DNA of 64,000 nt from Callorhinchus milii (lineage: Eukaryota): the NCBI RefSeq assembly GCF_018977255.1, contig NW_024704742.1, positions 77,068,001 through 77,132,000 of the forward strand. Reading direction: 5' to 3'. A model generated the notes under the pieces. It was not told the origin of the DNA. It was given only the letters and a program-made list of their open reading frames with translations, and did no database searches. A program made the position numbers and the translations under genes. Every line of letters begins with the position of its first letter. The first letter of the stretch is position 1. Positions 48,906-59,895 of this stretch are shown here, in pieces.

Positions 48906-49059
48906 ATGGGGTTTCGAATTCACTTTGTTTATGACCCACAGGGCTGGTGTTGCATCAGCATAATCTTCTTTGTTTGGCTTTACAATACAATCTTCATTCC
49001 CAAACTTATCCTCTACCCTCATTATGAAGAAGGACATATTCCAGGTCTTGTGCTAGCAC
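48906..49059 (+). CDS. ZDHHC21: ZDHHC21 first coding exon (the exon starts at 48838 with 5' UTR)
   Basis: MGFRIHFVYDPQGWCCISIIFFVWLYNTIFIPKLILYPHYEEGHIPGLVLA. Acceptor ttttctcag| at 48837 and donor C|gtaagt. 154 coding nt. Confidence 0.97.
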
Positions 49060-50166
49060 GTAAGTATCATTGGTTCACGTGGAGATAGAGATTGTTACTG
49101 TGATGACTAACTCACTGGGCAAATAATAGACTACAGAACTTGATGGGATACTTCTCCATTTATAAATTGCAGCTTGGTCAGGGTTTCAATGGAACAAAAC
49201 CAGTGTCTTCATCCGGAGAATGGACTTTTGGTTATGTACACTGTTTGAGTTTCAGGCGTGATTAATCTTTGGGCCTAACCGTAAATCTGAAATGCAAAGA
49301 TCTTGAACGTGTTGTGCCAATAATTTAGAGATCCGTTCAGATATTGGTTTGACCATGATGTGTTCTGATCTTAAGTTTTCAAGAAAACCTATTTTAGAAG
49401 TGAGATTACAACTTGCAATTTCCCAAATGTTTAAACGAGGCTTTTGTAAGTTAGATTTGACATTTGTATTGGAAGTCATTGTGCAGATAATTATGTTTGC
49501 AATATATTTAAAATTGAACAGACAAGGATTTCTGCTCCTCAGTGCAATCTGTTCTTGGATTCGTGCCAGCTCAGAGGCAGTACATTGGACAATTTCTTGT
49601 AGTGATGTCCAATTTTTAGGACAGTGCAATAGATTTTCTTTTTTCTCGACAATTCCTTATGTCTTCAAGGCAGTTAAATTGTCCTCATTCCCTACCTTTA
49701 CAATGATGGAAAGCCACCTGGTACCTCGACATGTGTGAACTGAGTCACTGAGTATCTGCAGGATATTCAACCTTAAGAGCAACACTGCTAAGTCCATTCA
49801 TGACCTCACAGGTTGTTCAGATGTGCGCACCTGCATCAGGGTAATATTCGATAGTGATCAGGACTGGTAACCCTTAAACCAATGTGGTTTTACTTCCTCT
49901 TCTTCCACCCACCCTCCCCAGAAAGCCAGGGTGCTGACACCATTTATCTGGTAAAATCGTTCCCCAGATCAAATGGGTGCAGCTAAGCTTAATGTGTGTT
50001 GGGTAAATGCCACAACCGTGTTATGTTAATCCAAACTAAGGAAATTTTGAGGGAAACGTGTAATTGTGGGAAATATAAGTCCAAATATTGGAACTATTTG
50101 AAACTAAAATGTATGAATGAAAACTAATTTTTTTAAAAATTCTTGTGCTGCTGCTTTTATTCACAG

Positions 50167-50265
50167 TTTATTACTTGATATCACTCTGCTGTGTGACATC
50201 GCTGGTGAGAGCCTCCATCGCTGACCCAGGGCGTCTAGCACCAAACACAGAGATACCCCTTTCAG
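50167..50265 (+). CDS. ZDHHC21: ZDHHC21 second coding exon
   Basis: ttcacag| ... TCAG|gtagg. Encodes (L)YYLISLCCVTSLVRASIADPGRLAPNTEIPLS, including the DPG motif. 99 nt. Confidence 0.97.
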
Positions 50266-51635
50266 GTAGGGCACAGAATGAGGCTTGTATACAGAATACG
50301 CATGGCCCTGGAGTGGTCCACATTTTGTAACTTAAAACCAATTTGACTTTGATCCAACATTGCCTATCAACTGACACTCAATCCACATGTCCACCAGCCT
50401 CTTTCCTTCCCTCTGAATACTAGATTTAGATATTTCATTGTTCATTAATTTATCCAAGGCAATGGACAGTCAGGGATATAAACCCAACCAAGTAGGGGGT
50501 TGTAATGAGGAGGGGTGAAGGGCAGGTAGGGTTGGGATAGGAGGGTGGCCGAAGGCGCGGTCAAAGAGGAGTGTCTTGAAACGTGCCTTAAGGAGGCAAG
50601 GGAGGGAGCAAGGCGAAGGGGCATTCTAGGTACAGTATTATGTATAACTTTTTTTTATGGTGCGCTCACCAAGCGAACTGTGTTAACTTAAATAGCCCTC
50701 ACGGCCAGATGAGTTTTGCACCCCTGCTTTAGATACTCCTTCTGCTCGAAATATGCAGAATGATTGCAGCAAGGAAGTGTTTTTCTTTGGTGCATAAAGG
50801 CGTACTTTCAACTCACCACTTTATAAATGGACTGGCACAACTGAAATAACCGGATAATTGGACTAAGTAGTTCCTGGTTTGTATGCAAGGCTTCAAATGA
50901 CAGAATATGAAGTATCTTAAGCCCTGCACTTATGCACAATGTTGCATGAAATATAATACTCAGGCGGGGGCATAGACTATAAGACAGCAGCTGTGTGTGG
51001 ACATAGTCCAGAACACTGGAGCTCATCGGATGTAATTTTAAACCAACGGAGAGTAGGCACTATTCCAGTATAACAGGATGATAATGGAGTGTGCAATGAT
51101 ACATTTGGCACATAAATAATAATTCATTGTGAACAGTTCAGCTATATTTAAAATGTTGAAACATTTCTTCCAGCAAAATATTTTACATTATCCCTTGCCT
51201 TAAAATATTTACTGTAAAAATAACTAATGCTCCAATTTGATCAATGGAAATACTTGCACAGTTCAAGTCCAGAATCGGGGATTTTGGGATCATGGTCTCG
51301 GCTAACAATCCAGTGTGTTCGGGTATCGCTGCATTGTTGGAAATGCTGTCCTGTGGATGAAATATTAAACCGTTGTTCTGCCTAATTGTTCATTTGCACA
51401 CAAATTACACAGTCAAGCCACTTTACAATATATTGCATGGTAAGGCGCGATATAAAAAGCTATTATTATCATCGTCATTATTCACCTTCTGATTATTTGT
51501 GGGTCATTGCTTTGCCCCAAATTGACTGCTGTGTTTGCCTATTACGCAGTCACTACATTTTACAGAAAGTATAAAGCACTTCTTGGAAGCAGTTTAATTA
51601 TTTATTTTACTTGTGTAAATTGTATCAAAACCTTC

Positions 51636-52293
51636 TGGTGTGTGTGTGTGTGGGGGGGGGGGGGTGGTGATTGTGTTTGAGGGTGGGGGTGTGTGTGGGG
51701 GGTGAGTGGGGGTGGGAGTGTGGGGATGGGGGTATGAGAGTGTGGGGGTGTGGGGGTGGTGGTGTTTGTGTGTGGAGGGATGAGAGTGTGTGTGTGGGGA
51801 GTGTGTGTGGGGGAGTGGGGTTAGGTATGTGTGGGGGTGGGGGTGTGTATGTGTGGGGGGGCTGTGTATATGTGTGTGTGTTTGTGTGGGGTTGGGTGCA
51901 GGGTGTTTGTGTGTGGAGATGGTTGTGAGTGTGGGGATGGGTGTGTGTGCGTGATGGGGGTGGGTGTGTGTGTGGGGGGAGAGTGGGTGTGTGTGGGGTT
52001 GGGACTGGGTGTGTGTGGGGGTAGGTGTGGGGAGGTCGGTGGGCGTTGGGGGTGTGTGCGGGAGGGGATGAGGGTGTGTAGGGGTTTGTGGGGTGTGGAG
52101 GTGGGTGTCTAGGGTTGGCGGGATGTGTGGGGTGTGTATGTGTGGGGTTTGGGTGTAAGTGGGGGTGGTGGTTGTGTGGGGGTGGGGGTGTATGGGGGGT
52201 GTGTGTGTGGGGGTGGGGGTGATGGGTGTGTGTGTGGGGTGGTGGGTGTGTGTGTGGGGGGTGTTTGGGTGTGTGTGGGGGTGTGTGTGTGTG
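51636..52293. repeat. G/T-rich low-complexity tract
   Basis: Almost exclusively G and T on the + strand. Abuts an L2 fragment at 52294-52497. Confidence 0.95.
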
Positions 52294-54999
52294 CCTCATA
52301 GGCCTTCCCAAATCTTCCCTTCACAAGCTGCAGATCATCCAAAACTCTGCAGCTCGTGTATTCTCACGCACCAGGCTCCGTGACCCCATCACCCCCACCC
52401 TCGCCCAACTCCACTGGCTCTTCATCCCTCAGAAGTTCGAATTCAAGATCCTCATCCTCACTTTCAAGGCCATCCATGGCCTTGCCCCCTCCTACCTAGT
52501 GCATGCATATTTTATACAAATAAAGGAATGCAGAGTGTTTTTATCTTTCACTATTACATAATAGCTGTATTATGGAAATGGAATGTAAATTAATCTCCAT
52601 AACTTTGTTTGGATTGCACCATCATTTAGAAAGGGTAAACTAATCCTCTGACATTCAGTGAAATAAAACCATGATTTCACTTTAATGCAAATGTATTGAT
52701 AGAACAGCATCCTAGTTCAAAATGCAGGAGGCTTCCATCTGTTCACGCTGATACAGTGCAGATTGAGGAAGGGGGATGGTGGGGAGGTGGAATGTTTGGT
52801 GTCCAGTCAGGTTTGAGTAAGAACCATTTCCCCTTTCTCACTGACTCCTGAATAATAGCTCACTTGGATAAGTAAACACTTCTGTAGCATGCGGAGGGTT
52901 AAGCTAAATAATGATATAGAGAATTCCTTCAGGTACCAACTTCCCAACGCCTTTCACGTTGGAACATCCCAACGCCTTTCACGTTGGGACATTCTCCCAA
53001 CGTGAAAGGCGCTTTACAAATGTAATTTTGTATTGTATTGCTTATGCCTGATGTAACCTGGAATAATTCGAGCTGGGCTTGGATGCATTGAAATAAGTGA
53101 GAAACGAGGCTTCCAAGTTGCTTGGTGACATCTCAACTTGGTGGAAGGTATTCAATTGGGAACCTTGGACAAAGGAATTCAGTGAGTAGAGAAGAGTAGT
53201 GTTGGGAATTTTATGAAGAAACTGCAAGCTATTATTAATAATAATAAGAATAATAATACTGTACTTACATTTGATGTAGTGCCTTTCATGTCAGGAAGAC
53301 GTCCCAAAGCGCTTCACAGGATAAAAATTAAACTTCTTAGTGAACAGGGAGGAGGACTCTTTAGTGCACATCTCTATCTTGAATATCATATTTATGAATT
53401 GCAGGTAAGATTTTATTTCTACTGCCTGAGGCATTGTGCATTCCTGAGTATGACAGCTCAGATCTGTTTAATTTGCTGTGAAGTGAAGGTTGCAGAAGGT
53501 GCTTTTACATATCATTAGATGATTTTCGATTGTCACGTAAGAGATGATATTGAGAAATTTGAGTCACTGAATTAGTAAAATAACAGGTTAATACTTCCTG
53601 TTACATTCTTGAAAACATTTGTGAAAAGACACCGTGATAATTATCGCTTTCTATTTTTATTTCCAAACCTCAATTGATCGCAAAACCATTAATGACTTCA
53701 GTAACAAAACACTCCAATGTGATACAGCATTAAGCAGATATTTTCATATTCTATCACTGATGAGAAATATCTTTCTCTGTCTGATCCCCCAATTTGTGTT
53801 AACCCTATTTAACTGCCTTTCTCTCACCCCCATGATTTTAGAAGTCTTCTATAGTGTAGAAGGAGAGTCCGCACTGGCTCCCAGAGCAAGGAGATGAAAT
53901 CAGAAACCACCCCATCTTATCCCCCACAAGACCCTTTCTTTTTAATGAACCTGTCTACTTCCTTCCTGAAACCTACACCACCCTACTCGTATTCCATTTC
54001 CCAGCAACTCTGGGTGAAAAAAATCCTCTTGAGTTCTTCTATTTACCCTGTCATGACCTTCATAGCTTATTTCTTTGTGATACTGCTTGAGTTTATTTTT
54101 TTTAGTGGTTCTCGCTTTGTGGAATATTGCTGTATGCAAATGGGTATCACATTCAATTGCAATTACCCAGTCACTACACTTTACAGTAAATCCTGTGAAT
54201 CACTTTGAGACATTCTCCCAATGTGAAAGGCCTATACTAAATGCAAGGATGTTTATGATTTGCAGTGGGCCATTGTAATTGTAAATGCAGGACAACCTTA
54301 TGAGGTCAGTTATACTGGGTAATGCGCTGCAGAGGACACTGCTGTGTCTGGCAGTACTCAATGCTATTTGTAATGTTCCCGAAATCTCTGCTTGTTCAGC
54401 AGCGATTAAGCTGTTCAGAAATAGAAACTGAGCATACTTTTATGTGCATCTCTGGCTAGTGCCTTACTGTTGTGTTTTCCCTGGCCATGTATAGTACAGA
54501 ACTATTCATCATTTTCTCGAGCAGCGGCAGGGGAGAAGCATGTGGTATGTGGAGTGGTTCTGTCTCTTCAATGACTCTTTGTTGTGAGTGCGGCAACCAA
54601 AATGGTAGGGAGGAAGTGTTCTCATTTTGATGGCAATTTTTAATCTTTTCTGATGATTACTGTTGCTTTTACCAACCAGGGAAAAGTAACCTTCAAAGAC
54701 TGTTACTGTCTGAGAAATGCTTGACCAGGAATCCAAGTCAGGAGACCAGAGGCCTGACATTTTTCCTAGTCTTAGCCCATTTTACTTTGGCTCTAAAAAA
54801 AACTGCTTCAAAATTAAAACTGAATTTAAGAATTTTCCACAAGTAAGATGAAATAGTCTGACAGGCTAAGACTAGGTGTAATTTCAATGTTCTATGATGA
54901 AAGTTTGTTAATATTTCTACTCATCAGTATTGGATCAAATTCAGGCATAAAGAAATGAGAAACGCAGTGAATTTGGTGTGTTCTAAATACTGAAGATTG

Positions 55000-55470
55000 T
55001 ACAGTATAAGAATAATGCTTTCATTTGATAAAACCCCTTATGTTGACACATCTTGCAGTGTTTTACAGTCATCACTAAATATTTGTGATGATCACAGCCA
55101 ACTAACACACAGCAATGTCTTACAAATGACAGGGAGGTGAATGAGCAATTTAACTGGAAAATTGTTGGCCAGGATACAGGGTGGGGTGGGGGCGGGGAGA
55201 GAATCCCTGCTCTTTTTGACCAATGCTACAACTTTTCATGCATTTACTGTCCAGTTGAGCAGCCAGAGAGCACCTACCTTGATTTAACATGAGGTGAGAG
55301 AGAGGGGGAGATAAAGAGATAAAGAGAGAGAGAGATTGTACACCTCGATTTAGTTCCCTCTGCACTATATTGAAGTGTCAGCCTAGACTGAGCTCAAAGG
55401 CCAGACTTGGGGCTTTAAACCACAATTTTCTGACTCGGAGGTGAGAATGCTAACAACTGAGCCAGGCACC
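55000..55470 (-). mobile_element. Deu-domain SINE, old copy
   Basis: tctgactcggaggtgagaatgctaacaactgagcc is the reverse-complement head. Body is degenerate. Confidence 0.7.
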
Positions 55471-55887
55471 TGACACTACCTACTAGGTAGGATATTTTCT
55501 TCCAGGTGTTCTGTGGTTATTGATGCTATTCTAGACTATTTAAACATAATTCTAACTCTGTGACTGTCCAGCGCATTATACCTAAGGGGGAAGGAAGGGG
55601 AAAATGTGAACATGGAACATTTCACCCCACACCCACAGATGAACTTTCCACATGGAAAACTAGTTTCATGTTACTAATTTTACTACTTCATACTTTGTTT
55701 CATTTCCCAAATTCTGTTGGTGTCACAATGTTTCCAAATAAAATGTTCTTGCCAGACCCTGGTGCATTGTTTCTTTCGTAAAGCGAGTTAATGTTTCCAG
55801 TTGGTGTATTAATTAGCCAGACCACTGCACCACTTATTGTACTTTGAGAACTAATTTTCTTTAAATACTATACTTTCACATCATAAT

Positions 55888-56620
55888 AATGAATAATCTT
55901 TGACTTTCATATAGTGCCTTATGATGGTGTTGAGACATCTAAAGCACATGACAGGATTTACAGTGAAGTATAGTACTATTTGTCAGCAAATGCAGCAGCC
56001 AATTTGCCCGCAATAATATTCCACAAACAGCCACAAAGTTGATCACCAACAATATATATAATAATAATCCTTGCATTTGATATAGCGCTTTTAAGGTCTT
56101 GTAGATCTCTCAAAGCACTTCACAGAATATACTGTAAAATGAATTGACTGTATATTTGTGGGCAAAACGCAGCAGCCAATTGCGCACAGAAGTGTCCCAC
56201 AAACAGTCGTGGATTGAGTGACCAAATTATCATTGGTTTTTTTTCTTAAGGGATTATTATCAGGCGTGTGGAGTAAGGAAACTTGCCCAAGGTTTTGCCC
56301 CTGCCGGGAATCAAACCCATGTCTCTCGCTTGCAAGGCGAGTGCTCTAACCACTGAGCTACAGGACTTCACTTGATACCAAATATATCAAGGGGATTGTT
56401 TGCCAAGATACCAAGAGAAACTGCTTTCTCTTTTCGAATAGTGACACTTTAATGTCTACCCCAAGAGGTAGATGGGATCTCAGTTGAACACTTCCTCTGA
56501 AGGACAGCAGCTATGAACATGCAGCGCTCTGCTAACACTGATTTGAGTGTCAGCCAAATCCGACTTAAAGCAAAGCGACAACCTTCCGCCTCAAAGAAGA
56601 GTGCTACCAGCTAAGCCAGG
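55888..56620 (-). mobile_element. Deu-domain SINE interrupted by a younger tRNA-SINE
   Basis: Tail part at 55888-56055 and head/Deu part at 56370-56620. Confidence 0.72.
56060..56369 (-). mobile_element. tRNA-derived SINE (short form), full length
   Basis: Reverse complement starts gaagtcctgtagctcagtggttagagcactcgccttgcaagcgag...gggtttgattcccggcagggg. Confidence 0.92.
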
Positions 56621-56659
56621 TGGACTACCAGTCTGAATATCTATCTTTAGTCTTAAAGT

Positions 56660-57092
56660 GTGTCAGCTTGACACAGTGGGAGCAGTCTCGCCTCTTGAGT
56701 CAGAAGATTGTGGGTTCAGGTTTCAGGTTGGGACTTGTAATTACATAGTCTAAGCTGACACTCCAATGCAATGCTGGGGCTGTGATACATTGTCAGAGGC
56801 AGCGTCCTTCAGGTGAGACATTAAATCAAGATCCCATCTGCCTGTTCAGGTGGATACCACAGCACTGTTCGAAAAAGAGAAGGGAGTATCTCCTAGTGTC
56901 TTAGCCAACAAAATCCCCCAAATAACAATGGTCACTCACTCCATGGCTGTTTCTGGGACATTGCTGTGCACAACTAGCAACTGCACTTCATTCACAAAAT
57001 AAACAGTCAATCCACTTTACAGTATATCCTGTGAAGTGTTTTGAGACATCTCGATTACATGAAAAATGCTATTTCAAATATTATTATTAGTA
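56660..57092 (+). mobile_element. Deu-domain SINE, near full length
   Basis: ctcgcctcttgagtcagaagattgtgggttcag...tgagacattaaatcaagatcccatctgcctgttcaggtgga, then the tail. Confidence 0.83.
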
Positions 57093-57229
57093 GTCTGTAC
57101 TGGCTGTCCTTCTGTACCTTCTTATTGGAGCTTTTCTGTATAAAATTTAGAGACATTTGGTACATTATTTGCTATTTTATTTCTAATTCATAATCCCTGT
57201 GGTCTGTTCTGAGCCAAAAGCATTCTACA

Positions 57230-58320
57230 TTGATTGTTGGAAGCCATATAATGTAGTTTACCTAGATTTCCAAAAGAAGTTTAACAAAGTACCATGTGGA
57301 AAGCTCCTTCACAAACTGTGGTCAGTGGGTGTCAAAGATAAGACATGGATATGGATTCATGATTGATTGAAGGAAAGGAAGCAGTGGATCTTTTTTGTTC
57401 CGGAAGCTAGGTCAAAATGGGGGGCAGGGGGGAGCCATTAAATGAGGTATCTTAGGTTCTCAATCCTTGTATATGTTAATGTCCTGGATTTGCATTCCCA
57501 ATGTAAAATAGATACATTTTCAGATGTACCAAGTTAAGACTCAGAGGAGGCAGCAAAGGTCCTACAAAGGAAGCCTGCTATGATACTCACAAGGGCTGAT
57601 AACTGGTGAATTAAATTGAATATAGATAAATGCCAGGTACTACATTTAGATATATATACGAGGAAGAAGGGTCTAGAAGTGTATGAAAGGGAATAAAGAG
57701 TGGGTGGAGACTTATAAACACTAGCACAGACTAGTTGGGTTGAATGGCCTGCTTCCATGCTGTACATTCAATCTTATGTGTAGTAGATGAGAATAGTAGG
57801 CACCTGTACTCCATAGATGGCATAGAACTTGCCAAGGATGATGTTGAAATGCCTAAGGGAATTGGTTAACTTATTGCTTACAGTCAGACGATGAACAATA
57901 TTGCCAGATCAGTTGAGGTCATCTCCCTGGGCATTGTGCTCAACTTCTCCAGTTAGGCCATACCTGGAATACCTTGTACAGTACTGGTCACTGCAGTTTA
58001 AGGTGGCAGCCCAGGACATGGAAGCGTCAGGATGATCTTTATTCTTTGAGGAATGAGCTGTGAGCAATGATTAGAGAAGTTAGGAATCTACCTTGAAAAG
58101 AGAGATCTCGAACGCGACCTTATAGACGTTTATGCTTTTAAAGGAAACAGAACCAGAGGCCACATGTTCTGGTTTGTAAACAGCAATTTTTAGACCACCA
58201 CCCGGAAATATTATTTTTACGAATGGGATAATTAATGATAGGAAAATATTACCTGGATCAATGGTTGAGGCTGGGAGCCTGGACTCATTTAATAAACGGC
58301 TTGATATTGTAACGGAAGGT
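57230..58320 (+). mobile_element. Highly degenerate CR1 LINE fragment
   Basis: gtagtttacctagatttccaaaagaagtttaacaaagtacca translates as VVYLDFQKKFNKVP (CR1 RT motif). CR1 C-terminal remnants follow (LEY/CVQ.WS-like, RTRGH). Confidence 0.75.
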
Positions 58321-59454
58321 CAGTAGGGCAGGTGTTCTGGAAGAATGAAATGAAATCACTGAGACGCTTTTCTGTGCGAAGGACAATATATAAATGCAAG
58401 TCGTTATGGTTGTTGTTGAAATGGCTCAAAGGACCTCTTCATCCAAAATCTTTGTCATGTACCATTATGGCCTTATATTTGGTTATTGGTTTACTGGCAA
58501 ATTACTGTTACATCAAATTAAGTAACATGACCCGTGCTCACCAATAAGCATCTTTTTGACAGTTGTTCTAATTGTCAGTAATTAGTACAATGCAGCATGT
58601 AAGATGATGTGAAATGTTAGAAAGATGGTAAGCATCGCTTTGTACTGATTGGAGTGAGCTGGACAGTTTTGTTCGATTCAAGTATTTGGATTTTTTTTAA
58701 CAGATTGGAAGCCCCACCCCTCCCTCCATCAAATTATGATATGTGGGACTTGACAGGTTCTGTAAGAACTCAACAATTTCTCCTACTCTGTCTTTGTAAA
58801 GTGCTTTGAGATGCTCTGCTTTGTGAAAGGTGCTCCATGAGTGCAAAGTGTTTGCTCTGGAGGTAGGTTGAGGATTGATGGACTAAGACTGGTGGACAGT
58901 GTTGATTCCTAATCATTTAAACTTCTTCCCAAAAGGTTGTAAGGAAAGTCCTATCAGTTCTTGAGCAATCTGTTTAATGGGGAGGGAGGGAGGGGTGTGA
59001 AGTGAGCATTTATTTATTTTCTGGGAGGAGAGAAATTTCAGTTGATGCTCATACTTTAGTCTATACTTACCTTAATTGTTTAGTGTTAATGATTAACTTA
59101 TCCTACCACCAGGCTGAATTTGCGGGTGGGGGAAGAAAGGCAGGCAGATAGAGTTACAGTATTTACTTGTTTATTCACCCTTGGTCGATAGATCTTCCCT
59201 AGGATGTAGTTTTATCTAATGTTTCAACCAGGCAATGAGAAGCTCAACGGACACAGTTGCGATTCCGATCGAATGAACTCTTAAAGCTGTTTGCTCACAA
59301 CATTCTTCAGTATGAAGTATGGATTACCATCTTCAGTCATTGTTAAGGGAGTGCGGCATACAAGTCAGGGACAGTCTGTAGTGCATGGTACATGGTGTAT
59401 GATGCTTGTATGTCTTCATACCTTCTTAAAAACTCCTGCATAGCATGCTACAGT

Positions 59455-59895
59455 TAATAATAATCCTTCCATTTGGCATAGCGCCTTTCATGTCGGGAGG
59501 TCGACCCAAAGCACTTCACATGATATACTGTGGAGTAGTGACTATTTGTGGATGAAATGTGACATCCAATTTGCACACAGTAATGTCTTGCAAACAGCCA
59601 TGAAGTGAATGATGATTTTTTTCTGGGGGCACTGGAGAAACTCCCTTCTCTTTTTGAATAGTGACTTGGAATCTTTAACGTCCACCTGAACGGCAGATGG
59701 GACCTTGGTTTAATGTCTCTTAAACCTTGGTTTTGGAAGGATGGCATGTCCAACAATGCAACACCCCCCCCCCCCCCCCCCCGCCCCCCAGTACTGCACT
59801 GTGCTTAGACTATGTGATTTCAAGCCCCAAAGTGGGGCTTGAACCCACAACCACTGACTCGGGGGCGAGAATGCTACCACTGAGCTAGGCTGGCA
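59455..59895 (-). mobile_element. Deu-domain SINE, near full length
   Basis: tgactcgggggcgagaatgctaccactgagc head and atctttaacgtccacctgaacggcaga core. Contains a poly-C run. Confidence 0.83.

Noticed and set aside
51625..52311. 228-aa His/Pro/Thr-rich minus-strand ORF
   Set aside because: Artefact of the G/T low-complexity tract.
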